Below are positions 1-10,202 of a DNA stretch of 64,000 nt, piece by piece. How positions within the stretch are numbered: the first letter of the stretch is position 1; each line of letters opens with the position of its first letter. Both the position numbers and the translations under genes were made by a program. The stretch is from a virus. Location of the stretch: positions 1-64,000 of IMG/VR virus record IMGVR_UViG_3300003465_000003. The stretch is one strand, 5' to 3'. Below the pieces are notes generated by a model. It did not search any database. It was not told where the DNA came from and worked only from the letters and a program-made list of their open reading frames with translations.

Positions 1-2
1 CA

Positions 3-575
3 AGAACAAAGAGTAAGACTATCCGGGTAACAGAAGAGGAATTAGCGTTATTGCAGGCAGCTAGAGAAGGCCGCTTAGCAGTTAAGGAGTCGGGAACAGA
101 TCAGGATGGGGCAACAACCCTTTCTGCCGCCGCAACACCGACTGAGGCACAACAGGCTCTGGCAGATGCGTTCGTAAGCGCGATCGAGCGGACCAAGCCA
201 CCAGAGAAGAAGACAGTTGCTAGCCGTAAACGCAATTCTCCATGGACGCCTAGGGACGGCTCTCCAAAACTGAAATTTAAGCGTCCAATGTATCAGCATG
301 GGATTCTAATTTCAGAGGAAACAGTATCCAATGAGGAAATCGAGTTACTAAATAAGATTAAGCCTGGGGTTTACTGCGAAGGAACTGTTCAGGTCATCTT
401 ACGTAAGGACCGAGCATTGGACATTGACTGGCCAGTTCGTACAAATGCGCAGCGCCTAAAACTTGTCAACAAGTTCGGGTTACGCAGTTTCACTGAAGTC
501 CTACGTCGAGTCATTGACGAGAAGGAGAATCCCGGTAAGTATCGTAGGTCCGAGGACATGGACCTGTTCGATTAA
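3..575 (+). CDS. hypothetical protein, 5'-truncated by the window edge
   Basis: Frame is open from position 3 (RTKSKTIRVTEEELALLQAAREG...), so the TTG at 51 is probably not the real start; followed by a terminator. Confidence 0.75.
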   Translation, partial: RTKSKTIRVTEEELALLQAAREGRLAVKESGTDQDGATTLSAAATPTEAQQALADAFVSAIERTKPPEKKTVASRKRNSPWTPRDGSPKLKFKRPMYQHGILISEETVSNEEIELLNKIKPGVYCEGTVQVILRKDRALDIDWPVRTNAQRLKLVNKFGLRSFTEVLRRVIDEKENPGKYRRSEDMDLFD

Positions 576-611
576 GATACGTTAGACAATTTGGCGTATC
601 GCACCTACGTT

Positions 612-650
612 AAGGGGCTTGGTTTTCAGAACTAAGCCCTTTTATTTTTT
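612..650 (+). terminator. Rho-independent terminator
   Basis: AAGGGGCTTGGTT-TTCAG-AACTAAGCCCTTT hairpin followed by TATTTTTT. Confidence 0.8.
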
Positions 651-680
651 AATACCGTTGCCCATTTAGGGCCTAACTGT

Positions 681-962
681 ATGCCAGATCCACATAAGCT
701 TGAACAAGTGTTACTTAACAGAGAAGCCAACCAGCAACGGGAGGCAGAGTTCAAGAAGTGGTACGCTGCTGTAGCTAAACAGCAAGGATTAGATCCAGAT
801 CCTGATAACCCACTCCACTTCTACGATTACAGAGCTGCACATAGGTCCGGCGCAATGCCCGATAAGGATGGTCACTGGCCATCAGAATTCAAGCGGGAAG
901 GACATCCTAGGCTTATTGTTAACGGCGTTAACACTAAAACTGGAGAACGGGTAATAAAGTAA
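681..962 (+). CDS. small protein with N-terminal DPxxLEQVLLxRE motif
   Basis: First gene after the terminator; FKKW...YDYR...GHWPSEFK...HP domain; N-terminus shared with 964..1467 and 22737..23063. Confidence 0.75.
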   Translation: MPDPHKLEQVLLNREANQQREAEFKKWYAAVAKQQGLDPDPDNPLHFYDYRAAHRSGAMPDKDGHWPSEFKREGHPRLIVNGVNTKTGERVIK

Positions 963-963
963 C

Positions 964-1467
964 ATGCCAGATCCTCAGCCCCTCGAACAAGTCTTGTTGC
1001 AGCGGGAAGCGGTCCAGAGGACTCGCAAGCACGAGGACCCGGCCGTGCAACGCGCACTAGACATCGCAGGGCAAGATCTGAATCCAGTTAAACTTGTAGA
1101 CCCCATGGAAGCGCAAGCCATCTACAGCAAGACTATAGACGCTAAGCCGTCCCCGAAACTCCAAGGATTCCGAGCACCACAAAGTACAGACCCCACGATA
1201 TACGTCAACAGGGAATCTAACGTTTACAAGAATGCGGCAAAGAATCCGAATAACAAACTTGCACAATTGTTATTAGCTTCCCTACTGATACACGAGCAGA
1301 CGCATGACGAGGGCAGCAGCGAATTGGTCCCACAAAGGTTTGAAGCCGACTTCCTACGGAGCAAGCGGGACATGATAGGCTGGCCGGACAAAGGCAAGTT
1401 GGACGAAATGGTAGCTTCCATAAACCGGTTCTTAGAGCCGTCAGTCAGCACAACAGGTAAGAAATAA
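964..1467 (+). CDS. putative zincin-like metallopeptidase with N-terminal DPxxLEQVLLxRE motif
   Basis: LLIHEQTH (HExxH) followed by a downstream Glu; starts 1 nt after the upstream stop. Confidence 0.6.
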   Translation: MPDPQPLEQVLLQREAVQRTRKHEDPAVQRALDIAGQDLNPVKLVDPMEAQAIYSKTIDAKPSPKLQGFRAPQSTDPTIYVNRESNVYKNAAKNPNNKLAQLLLASLLIHEQTHDEGSSELVPQRFEADFLRSKRDMIGWPDKGKLDEMVASINRFLEPSVSTTGKK

Positions 1468-1468
1468 G

Positions 1469-1672
1469 ATGGCCAAGAAAAAGTTATTGCAGGGCAAGAG
1501 CCCAGACGTTGTGGACGCGAATATCCGCATGCTAAAAGACAGTGGTTATTCCCACGCCAGAGCAGTCCGGTGCGCCTTGTGCCACGCCAACAAGAAGCAC
1601 GATAAACATGCCGCAGACGTTGCCAAGAAGGTTGTCAAAAAGGGTAAGGCAACCGAGATGAGATTTAAGTAA
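1469..1672 (+). CDS. small basic virion-associated protein
   Basis: GKSxxVVxANIRxLxxSG...AV pattern typical of small basic phage head-module proteins. Confidence 0.6.
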   Translation: MAKKKLLQGKSPDVVDANIRMLKDSGYSHARAVRCALCHANKKHDKHAADVAKKVVKKGKATEMRFK

Positions 1673-2322
1673 TGACACTCAATGAAATGACGTTACATAT
1701 CGCGGATGCTCTGAACCTCAGTAGCGCTGAAGCTAAAGCTCGCATTGCTCGTAACATTAATACCCGCTACAAGCGAGTAACTTCCGCTATTGGATTGGCT
1801 CCATCTCGTCGGGAAGAAGTCTCCAAAGTTGCTACCATCGGAAACCGCTATATTACCTTCTCCGGCGTAGAGAAGCTGGAGTCGGTTTACCGTAAGGTTG
1901 GAACCAAGCACATAATGTTGGACGAGATTACTCATGACGAGATGCTAGAGCTTAGCGTTAGAACTGAGCCACCAACCAAGTATGCAGTATTCTCCATAAC
2001 GCAGACTGGCATCACATTAATGATTGACTGTTCACCGACAACAGCTTTCACTTTATACGCCGCCAGCGTTGCAGACACAACTTCGTTGAGCAACAATGAC
2101 AGCCCCGCGTTCCCGGAGTCCTTCCACGACGTGCTTATCCACGGCGTCATGGCTGATGAATACAAGAAGATGGAAAAGCTTGATTACGCACGTGATTGCG
2201 AGCAGGATTACGAACGCCGTTTATCCGACCTACGCATGTTTCTAGCCAAGAGCGCATACTTGGAAATATATGCAGGGAAGAGGGCGAAGGCGGACGGTTG
2301 GTGGGACACGTCTGGGAGTTAG
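1672..2322 (+). CDS. head-to-tail adaptor (tail tubular protein A-like)
   Basis: MTLNEM start and C-terminal PxFPExFHDVLIHG motif; position ahead of the tail genes; TAATG coupling. Confidence 0.7.
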   Translation: MTLNEMTLHIADALNLSSAEAKARIARNINTRYKRVTSAIGLAPSRREEVSKVATIGNRYITFSGVEKLESVYRKVGTKHIMLDEITHDEMLELSVRTEPPTKYAVFSITQTGITLMIDCSPTTAFTLYAASVADTTSLSNNDSPAFPESFHDVLIHGVMADEYKKMEKLDYARDCEQDYERRLSDLRMFLAKSAYLEIYAGKRAKADGWWDTSGS

Positions 2323-2323
2323 C

Positions 2324-2560
2324 ATGGGGCAAACAGGTAAAGTCGGCAGCGTGGTAGAGATCAATGCGGTAGTCCGCCCACCATGCGTATGCGGCGAACC
2401 GTGGTCCAAGCACGGAGTATGCGGCGGATATCAACCCTCCGGCCCCGTTATCGATTACGGCACAGTTCACTTCCGCAGTAAGGATTGGTTGGCCAACGCA
2501 CTTTACACCGTAGAAAGTTTCATAAAAGGTCTACGCATTCGCAGAATGAGGAATAGGTAA
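2324..2560 (+). CDS. hypothetical protein
   Basis: ATG 1 nt after the adaptor stop; CxC...H...C; TAATG overlap with the next gene. Confidence 0.55.
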   Translation: MGQTGKVGSVVEINAVVRPPCVCGEPWSKHGVCGGYQPSGPVIDYGTVHFRSKDWLANALYTVESFIKGLRIRRMRNR

Positions 2561-2955
2561 TGCCTTTCGGGACAGATACAAAGATCACACACGGGGGCTC
2601 TGCAATTATAGCAGACCGCATCAAAAATACGCCCACTGTAGCCTCCCCACGCTGGGTCGGCATCGGCGTAGGCGCAACTGGCGCGGGTCGCACCGCCGCT
2701 AAAACTGATACAGGTTTAAGTACAGCTGCGGAATCAAGAGTAGAAGGCACGGAGTCCCGGGTTACCACAACAGAAACCAATGACACATATCAGGTCGTAG
2801 GCATTATCACTGCTACAGCGCCACGTGACGTTGATGAAGCTGGATTGTTTAATGCCTCCAGTGGTGGCACCATGTTCTTATCCGCGACATTCGCGGTTGT
2901 AGCGTTGGCTACAAATGACAGCCTTCAGCTCACTTGCAAGTGCCAGATAACATAA
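2560..2955 (+). CDS. tail structural protein (tail-collar/fibre attachment-like beta-sandwich)
   Basis: IGxG...AxxTDTxL...EAGLFNASSGGTM motif of phage tail-fibre-associated proteins. Confidence 0.65.
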   Translation: MPFGTDTKITHGGSAIIADRIKNTPTVASPRWVGIGVGATGAGRTAAKTDTGLSTAAESRVEGTESRVTTTETNDTYQVVGIITATAPRDVDEAGLFNASSGGTMFLSATFAVVALATNDSLQLTCKCQIT

Positions 2956-2956
2956 A

Positions 2957-3517
2957 ATGGCTAAATTAGGTCCGCCATTTGGTCGCATACCTTGGAACAA
3001 AGGATTAAAAGTAGGCGACAGAATTAGGAAAAATAAGCTTTACGCGGCGCGTAATTGCGTGTATTGTGACGCCGAGTTTTTCTGTTATCCATCCCAGAAT
3101 AAGCGTTACTGCTCACATAAGTGTAGAGCGCTTAAGACTAAGCCTTGGGAAAAGTTGCGTGGTAGAAAATTATCTACGCATCATAAAGAAAATTTGAGCA
3201 AAGCGCATATTGGTGTGCAATCTAAAGATAAACATCCGTTATGGAAGGGCGGACTCTATAAAACCGCTAGAGTAGAGGACATGGCCAACAACAATTACAA
3301 AAAGTGGCGTATAGCTGTGTTCAATAGAGACAATTTCACCTGTGTTGGTTGCGGACATGATAAATATGTGCAAGCGCATCACATCAAACCTTACGCTTCA
3401 CATCCAACACTGCGTTATACCGTAGAGAATGGGCAGACATTGTGTAAGCAGTGCCATTATATGCTGCATTTAGTAGCGGGGAATAAAAACACGGCAAGAG
3501 TAGAAATATGGCACTAA
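2957..3517 (+). CDS. HNH homing endonuclease with NUMOD3-like and Zn-finger motifs
   Basis: PWNKG; CxxC...YCSxxC; HKENLSKAH; RDNFTCxxC...HHIKP...NGQTLCxxCH. Confidence 0.9.
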   Translation: MAKLGPPFGRIPWNKGLKVGDRIRKNKLYAARNCVYCDAEFFCYPSQNKRYCSHKCRALKTKPWEKLRGRKLSTHHKENLSKAHIGVQSKDKHPLWKGGLYKTARVEDMANNNYKKWRIAVFNRDNFTCVGCGHDKYVQAHHIKPYASHPTLRYTVENGQTLCKQCHYMLHLVAGNKNTARVEIWH

Positions 3518-4692
3518 ACTGGGACGGCAAGAATAATTTCGCATATAGCGTTGTAGCGACTGCCCCGAGCCCTGCGGCTTCTGGCACGTCGCTTGTTGTG
3601 TCTGCGGGCGATGGAGCTAAGTTTCCTACACCGCCGTTTAACGCTGTCGTTTGGCCAACCGGCGTGCAGCCAACCACGGCTAATGCGGAAATTGTTCGTG
3701 TTACAGCAGTGGCTACTGACACATTTACAATTACACGTACACAGGAAGGAACTGCTGCCCGCACTATCCTTGTTAATGACCAGATCGCGTTAAACGTTAC
3801 AAAGAAAACATTAACGGACATTGAGGCCGCATTCGATACTGCCTCACAATTGACTACTCCAATCGGGTCAGTGTTAATGTGGTTAACAGGGTCCGCTCCA
3901 ACCGGTTGGTTATTAATGCAGGGCCAGGCTATAAGCCGCGCAACCTATTCTGCGCTATTCTCGTTGTGGGGAACTACATTTGGTGCTGGAGATGGTGCAA
4001 CAACGTTCAATATACCGGACATGCGAGCCCGCATTCCAATTGGACTTGGCACGTCTTCCCCGCTTAACGCGCTAGGAGCTACAACTGGTTCATGGGACCA
4101 TACACATGGGCCTGGAACTTTGGCAGTAGCTTCACACACTCATGGCGCAGGAACGTTATCCGTAGAAAGCCATACACATGGCCCAGGTACACTACAGGTA
4201 GCGTCACATACGCACGGGGCAGGCACCCTGACTGTAGCATCCCACGATCACGGTGCAGGAAGCTATGGTGCAGACAGCGGTGGATCGCATACCCATACGG
4301 GCACAACAGACAGCGCTGGTAACCATTCGCACACTGTAGGTTCTACATCGTCACCAGTCCAGAGCGGCTCTGGTAGCAACATTGTGGACTCGGTTGATGC
4401 TAATACCAGCTCAGGCGGCGCGCACACTCACGATTTCACTACTGGTAGTGGCGGCTCGCATACCCACACGGTATCCGGCACATCAAGTGGTAGTAGCCCT
4501 GCCGTAGACAGCGGCTTGACCGGAAGCACTGCGCCTCTTGTCAACGCGGGCGCTTCAGCAGGGACTGCCCCCGCTGTCACTGGCGGCGCAACTGGAGCCA
4601 CCGCGCCAGCAGTTGGCTCGGGCGTAACCGCAGCAGGCAACCCGCCGGTTCTTGTTGTAAACTTCATTGTTCGCGCTTTACGTGAGATCTAA
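3508..4692 (+). CDS. tail fibre with phage tail-collar domain and HxH needle
   Basis: PIGSV...APTGWLL..GQAISRATYSALF...GAGDGATTFNIPDMR collar domain; nine HxH motifs; C-terminal NPPxLVVNFIVR. Confidence 0.9.
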   Translation: MALNWDGKNNFAYSVVATAPSPAASGTSLVVSAGDGAKFPTPPFNAVVWPTGVQPTTANAEIVRVTAVATDTFTITRTQEGTAARTILVNDQIALNVTKKTLTDIEAAFDTASQLTTPIGSVLMWLTGSAPTGWLLMQGQAISRATYSALFSLWGTTFGAGDGATTFNIPDMRARIPIGLGTSSPLNALGATTGSWDHTHGPGTLAVASHTHGAGTLSVESHTHGPGTLQVASHTHGAGTLTVASHDHGAGSYGADSGGSHTHTGTTDSAGNHSHTVGSTSSPVQSGSGSNIVDSVDANTSSGGAHTHDFTTGSGGSHTHTVSGTSSGSSPAVDSGLTGSTAPLVNAGASAGTAPAVTGGATGATAPAVGSGVTAAGNPPVLVVNFIVRALREI

Positions 4693-5069
4693 TGTTAGGT
4701 TCTAATTACATTGGGCAGTTCTATTATGGTCAGGGGCCAGCGGTCGGATCTGGATTTACCACAAAAACTGTATCTGCCACAGCAATCGCGCTAGCGACCG
4801 TGAGCACTCAGGTACTCATCAATGCCAGTGTGGCGGCTACTGCAGTAGCTGTCGCCACAGTGCAACGCCAGGTAAACCGCACAGTTTCTGCCGTAGCTAT
4901 AGCGTTAGCCACGATATCCAGCGTATTCGTTGAGGCGCTCAATATACGGAATGCTTGGACCAAGTTCTTAACGACGACAAAGACAACACGCGGTATAAGC
5001 GGATTTAGCTATTCTAGTAAAGATCTAACAACAAAGAAAACCACTAGAGTCATTTTGGACGAAGAATAA
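4692..5069 (+). CDS. virion structural protein
   Basis: Ala/Val/Thr beta-repeat (VSATAIALATV x3); lies in the tail module. Confidence 0.6.
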   Translation: MLGSNYIGQFYYGQGPAVGSGFTTKTVSATAIALATVSTQVLINASVAATAVAVATVQRQVNRTVSAVAIALATISSVFVEALNIRNAWTKFLTTTKTTRGISGFSYSSKDLTTKKTTRVILDEE

Positions 5070-5071
5070 GC

Positions 5072-5392
5072 ATGGCAACATACGTAATCGTAGCTGGGAC
5101 TACCGCAGATTTGAACTTTCAGTTGTTAGACGCCGGGTCCCCAATAAACTTATTGGGGACTACGGTAACGCTTTTACTCTCGGATAGGACTGGTGCTACT
5201 GTAGCTTCTCCAGGAACAGTTAGTATCGTGGATTCAACCACGGGGAAAGTGAAGCTCGCCCCAACGGACGCCAATGTGTTCGTCTCAGCGAATGGGCCAT
5301 ACACGGCTCGTTGGAAGCTGACGGATGGAACTGGCAAGATTTCTTATGTTCCCACTGGACCGCGTGATATTTGGAGCATCGTAGGAGCGTAA
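5072..5392 (+). CDS. Ig-like/BppU-N-like tail protein
   Basis: GxT...L.D.G.PINLxGxTV...GKV...GxYxA pattern. Confidence 0.6.
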   Translation: MATYVIVAGTTADLNFQLLDAGSPINLLGTTVTLLLSDRTGATVASPGTVSIVDSTTGKVKLAPTDANVFVSANGPYTARWKLTDGTGKISYVPTGPRDIWSIVGA

Positions 5393-7410
5393 TGGCGCAG
5401 CCGGAGAATTTCGACCTTATCTCCCTACGTGGGGGTCTGGACGACACATCGCCATATATAGCGTTGGAGCCAGATGCCTGCGTATTAGCGGAAAATATAG
5501 AGTTTGTGAACTCTACGTTAGGAGAACGCAGAAAAGGTTGTACAGCGATCACGCTTCCATCTGACATTACTGGTAATAGTGCAATACAGGTTGTTACATG
5601 GATGTATCGGCATCTTCCAGTAAATGATGAGGGCGAAGCGGAGTTGTGGGTTCTGTCGCAGTCATTATCGACTAATGATAGTGTATTAGCGCGCAGGACC
5701 AAGACCGCATGGGAAACCATAGTTCCGGATAATGCTATCACAGTAACTGAGGCTCAAGGGCATCGTCTATCAGCGCAGACTCTGCACGGCAAATTGTTTA
5801 TTGCTTACAAGAGTTCTGTTGATAGGACACATGTCTTTGATGGCACATCGTTACGCAAAACTGGACTGGCACAGCCAGCCGCAGCCCCGTCAGTTGCTAA
5901 TACTGGGTCTGGAACATTTGCTACAACTAGGTATTACAGGGTTCGTTACGTAACGCTGAGTGGCAGCACAGTAACCCTGCGTTCTGAGCCTTCAGCTACG
6001 ACTACGTTTGCTCCATCTGGGTCCGGGTCCGCCGCACGGATCACAAAACCAGCGACCATTAATGAGAATGAGACACATTGGGAAGTAGAAGCATCCCTTA
6101 ATAACGCAGATTTCTACCGCATTGCGCGAGTGGTTGTCGGTACAACCACTTATGATGACTCAACTGCAGCGGCAACAGGATACGCTTCCGCCAACGTTTT
6201 ATCCGAAGATATTGGCGATTACTCTCTTATCCCATCAGGAAAGTTTTTGACTGCGGACCAAGACCGGTTAATTATAGCAGGTAGTTGGACCACGGCTGCA
6301 GAAGCGTCACGGGTCAGATGGACGCCAGTATTTGCAGGAACCGGCGCTGGCAACGATGAACGGTTAGAGTCAGATACCGACCCCTATCTGGATCTAGATG
6401 GTTATGAGGGCGGAGAAATAACTGGCATCAGCCGCGCGGTCAACGGTTACATCTACGTGTTCAAGCGTAGCCACATTTACCGCTTGGTACGTACGGGACA
6501 ACGTAGTAAAGCATATGAAGCGTTGCCTATCACCAAGGCGCGCGGTGCTATTATCGGCAGCTTAGTAGAAGCTATAAACCAGGTTGGGCAGCCATCACTT
6601 TACTTCTTAGACCCCTCAGTAGGCCCAACACGACTTAGTGCTAATGGTCTGCAGTGGTGTGGTCGAGACATCCAGACATTCTGGCGTCGGGTAAATGTGA
6701 ATGCCAAAGTTCCATGCCATGGTGTTTACTATAACGATAAACGTCAGCTACATTATTGGGTAGCCGTAGATGGCTCTGAGTATCCTAACGCCAAGATCAT
6801 TCTACATGTCAATGAAATGCGTGATACTGATGAGGGCGGTCGCAGGGGATGGGTCACGGTAGCCAAGGACAACCGTATTGCCACCGCGCATTGTTCATGT
6901 ATGTTCGCAAGCAATATTGATACAATGGACAAGAGGTCATTTGCGTTGGTCCCGTTTATTGGGAAGGAGCGCTGGACAGTAGGTGGTAGTACTATTAAAG
7001 ACTACATACAGCGTTGTGATACCGGCGGAACAGACGCGCATACATCTGGGGACACATCGTCAACTTACAGGGCCAAAGTAACGTCTAAGCCATTCGCGTT
7101 GGCTGGATTACTCAATCAGCATAAGGTCTTAGCGGGCGCGCTAGTTGCAAAAGCGGCCAGCTCACCAAATGGCGTGGTATTCGTTAAAGCCATACGCGAT
7201 TTTGGCAAGGAAGAAAAACAGGTCGCTGTGGAACTCTTCGTGGACAATAGCGCAGAAACGCACGTTATCAAACAATTAGATGACTTAAATTTCGCTGAGC
7301 TTTATACCATGCAGATTTCGCTAGGTGACCTGGATGACACTATTACCCCACCTGACACGTGGGAACTTCACAGATTGCAACTTAAGATTGGGAAGGGTTC
7401 AACCGCCTAA
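5392..7410 (+). CDS. tail nozzle / head-closure protein (P22 gp10 / tail tubular protein B-like)
   Basis: LRGGL...ENIEF...RRKG N-terminus; beta-propeller-like composition; TAATG start at 5392. Confidence 0.7.
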   Translation: MAQPENFDLISLRGGLDDTSPYIALEPDACVLAENIEFVNSTLGERRKGCTAITLPSDITGNSAIQVVTWMYRHLPVNDEGEAELWVLSQSLSTNDSVLARRTKTAWETIVPDNAITVTEAQGHRLSAQTLHGKLFIAYKSSVDRTHVFDGTSLRKTGLAQPAAAPSVANTGSGTFATTRYYRVRYVTLSGSTVTLRSEPSATTTFAPSGSGSAARITKPATINENETHWEVEASLNNADFYRIARVVVGTTTYDDSTAAATGYASANVLSEDIGDYSLIPSGKFLTADQDRLIIAGSWTTAAEASRVRWTPVFAGTGAGNDERLESDTDPYLDLDGYEGGEITGISRAVNGYIYVFKRSHIYRLVRTGQRSKAYEALPITKARGAIIGSLVEAINQVGQPSLYFLDPSVGPTRLSANGLQWCGRDIQTFWRRVNVNAKVPCHGVYYNDKRQLHYWVAVDGSEYPNAKIILHVNEMRDTDEGGRRGWVTVAKDNRIATAHCSCMFASNIDTMDKRSFALVPFIGKERWTVGGSTIKDYIQRCDTGGTDAHTSGDTSSTYRAKVTSKPFALAGLLNQHKVLAGALVAKAASSPNGVVFVKAIRDFGKEEKQVAVELFVDNSAETHVIKQLDDLNFAELYTMQISLGDLDDTITPPDTWELHRLQLKIGKGSTA

Positions 7411-10202
7411 TGTTTGGACTAGTAGGTAGAGGCGAGTTACCAAGAGTAACAGAAGACGAATTTGAGCAACTTAACTCACGTCTGAAGGCTCTTTGGCTTG
7501 TCGAGCACAACGAAGATGGCACACATGACATGGATGCTTCTGGCATCACGTCTGGAGTGTTGGAGCGGGAGCGCATACCGACCAGTGTCCTAAGCGGCTT
7601 GACTAACGTTGCTGAATACGGGGCGGTGGGAGATGGTGTAACCGATGATACGCTCGCGCTTATAAATGCTATAGCTTCTGGTAAATCGCTGGATTTCGGC
7701 AACGCGACCAAAACATATCGTGTAACGTCCAAGCTCACGTTCAACAAGTCCGGCGTGACCTACGCTGGATTTGGGGCGACAATTTTATATGATTTCCCTC
7801 AGTCAAGTTCTTCGGTGACTGGCAGGCTAGCGGATATCACTGGGTCCCGAACATTGTTCTTCGGGCTCATCTTTAGCGGCAATGCCAAGCAGGTAAAGGC
7901 AACATTACTATATATTGATGATAATGCTACGGAACCAAAGTTCTTCAACTGCAGATTCACCAATATTGCAGGGGTCCACGTTAATAACGAAACGAACGGC
8001 GACTCCAACATGCAGTATGCCATTATTATAAGTCCTTATGGAGTTCGTAACTTTGTGTTTCATGCTTGTGAATTTGACACGATAACAAATCGCAATAACA
8101 ACGTTGGAGTGGCGCAGCTCGAGGGACTAGGGTTTTGTGGTGCCTTATTTATTGGCATCCGTAGCGATTTAGGTAGTCCAACAGATCACCAGACCGTACC
8201 AACATCTGGGGTTATCTCTAGTTGTGACTTCCGCGATATTTACACTATCTTAGCCAATGGATTAACTACAAATCAGCGAGCAAGTTATGACGACGCAGAT
8301 GGTATAAGATTCTATGGATGGGTGTGGGACGTTGTCGCAGTAAGTGCTAGCAGCAACTGGTTCGAGATTTCAGGGAACTATACTTCAAAGTTTCCTAACA
8401 ACCAGGTATTCCGCACACGAATGACCACTGGAAACGATGGATCGTGGACTGTATCTTCAAGTAGTTATGATGGTGGGACGAATAGGACCCGTATCACAGT
8501 AACTGGAGATATTACCAGTGACGTGGCAGACGGTTGGGTTTTGGGTGCTTCTGATCTACCCATAGATATTGTAAACTGCAATTTCCGTGGGGTGTCAAAA
8601 CGTGCAATCAAAGGAAGCGTTAGCCATTTTGTGAATGTTAGGGACTGCTTCATTGATGGTTCGCAGCGCGATTACCCAATGGTAACCGCGATAAAGGCGG
8701 AGTACGGTTGGACAATAGAAAATGTCAAGATGTTAACAACCGCTGACAAAGCGTTTGATAAGGCATTCCAGACACACGATGTGTCACATCTAAGGATCAA
8801 TAATATTTATTGTTCCCATGTTGTTGATTTCTTCAATTTTGCGCCAACTGTTACAACCAACACGCTTTCAAATATTTCTATTGAAAATATCACTTGTCCT
8901 TATATAACAAGTAGTGGGTTTTCAAGTAGCACATCAGTTAAGGCTATTAAGTCTAGCAGATTCTGTAAAATGCGGCTGGTATCTGCGCCTAGCACACATG
9001 GAATGGCAGCGCTCAGCAACTTCTCTACCACAACCGATTATAACGAATCATATATTGGGGACATAGAGATCGTTAATGGAGAGTTGAAGGTTATCGGCAC
9101 GCAGTCAACAATTGATGACGTGCGGATAACTCTAGATGATGCGTCTTACACTGGCTCTAGTTCAGCAAGGGCATTAGTAGAAGTTACAGGCACACCAGGT
9201 ATTACTATCCCAGCGGCTCCAACCGCAGCAGATGGCGGCGGTGCTGGAACGGTAACCGGTCAGCGGTGGTATAAGGTTGCCTATACGGCTGGAACTAGGC
9301 GCTCAGATTTGTCAGCAGCGCTCGCGCACACTCCTGGTGGCGCAAATGCTGCAGTAGTAGTTACTAAGCCAGCAGCTATCGGACCCGAAACTCACTGGGA
9401 ATTGTATGCTGCTGGAGCGGCAACGGGGCCATTCAAGTTGATTGCGACTACGGTTGTAGGAACCACTACGTATAATGATGCAGTGAGCGGGACGCCGCCT
9501 GTCTATTCAGGTAATGCGGCCCCGCAATTAACGTGGAATCGTATCCGCAATTTGCGTGTAGATATCGTCAACTGCCCAAGCACGTATCTTAATGCTACCC
9601 GCACCAATTTGATCTGGTTATCTGGGGACAGGTTGGAAATTGATGGCATACGGCTGTTAGTCCCAGCGGAATTAAGCACGACACAGCCGCATATCACCAT
9701 ATATGGCCACTATATTGTTGCATCCAATATAGATTATTGGGGGGCTGGTTGGGTTAGCTGGATGTATGACAACGTATTTACACCAAAGTTTGAGGGATGC
9801 GTTCTGCGGAACTTCTCCAGGCTTGGCGGTAGAGCATCCACACTGTCTCCAATCTATTCCAGGCATGCTGCTAGGACCATATTGCAGAATATCTTCGATG
9901 ATTGCACGGGGGCAGCAGCGGTATTCGATATTACGGGTTCAGCGGCTGGTCAAAAGTATCATGTGCAGAACGTGGTTACCAACTCTACGGCAGACCCGAT
10001 TATCGTGGGTGGCGGACTGACTGGTATGCAGAACATCGCTAGGCACGGCAATGCTGACTATCTCACATTGACTAATGATGGAACAAAACCAGCGGTCATA
10101 AGTGGTGTAGTATCCATATATACTGAGACCAGTGGTGGTACTGATTATCTTAGAGCCCAATTCCCAAGTGGGACCACTAAGGACTTGGCTACGGACCCAT
10201 AA
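7410..10202 (+). CDS. tailspike with right-handed beta-helix (pectate-lyase-3-like)
   Basis: EHNEDGTH anchor; NVAEYGAVGDGVTDDTLALINAI motif; repeated NCxF/I.NI beta-helix rungs. Confidence 0.85.
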   Translation: MFGLVGRGELPRVTEDEFEQLNSRLKALWLVEHNEDGTHDMDASGITSGVLERERIPTSVLSGLTNVAEYGAVGDGVTDDTLALINAIASGKSLDFGNATKTYRVTSKLTFNKSGVTYAGFGATILYDFPQSSSSVTGRLADITGSRTLFFGLIFSGNAKQVKATLLYIDDNATEPKFFNCRFTNIAGVHVNNETNGDSNMQYAIIISPYGVRNFVFHACEFDTITNRNNNVGVAQLEGLGFCGALFIGIRSDLGSPTDHQTVPTSGVISSCDFRDIYTILANGLTTNQRASYDDADGIRFYGWVWDVVAVSASSNWFEISGNYTSKFPNNQVFRTRMTTGNDGSWTVSSSSYDGGTNRTRITVTGDITSDVADGWVLGASDLPIDIVNCNFRGVSKRAIKGSVSHFVNVRDCFIDGSQRDYPMVTAIKAEYGWTIENVKMLTTADKAFDKAFQTHDVSHLRINNIYCSHVVDFFNFAPTVTTNTLSNISIENITCPYITSSGFSSSTSVKAIKSSRFCKMRLVSAPSTHGMAALSNFSTTTDYNESYIGDIEIVNGELKVIGTQSTIDDVRITLDDASYTGSSSARALVEVTGTPGITIPAAPTAADGGGAGTVTGQRWYKVAYTAGTRRSDLSAALAHTPGGANAAVVVTKPAAIGPETHWELYAAGAATGPFKLIATTVVGTTTYNDAVSGTPPVYSGNAAPQLTWNRIRNLRVDIVNCPSTYLNATRTNLIWLSGDRLEIDGIRLLVPAELSTTQPHITIYGHYIVASNIDYWGAGWVSWMYDNVFTPKFEGCVLRNFSRLGGRASTLSPIYSRHAARTILQNIFDDCTGAAAVFDITGSAAGQKYHVQNVVTNSTADPIIVGGGLTGMQNIARHGNADYLTLTNDGTKPAVISGVVSIYTETSGGTDYLRAQFPSGTTKDLATDP

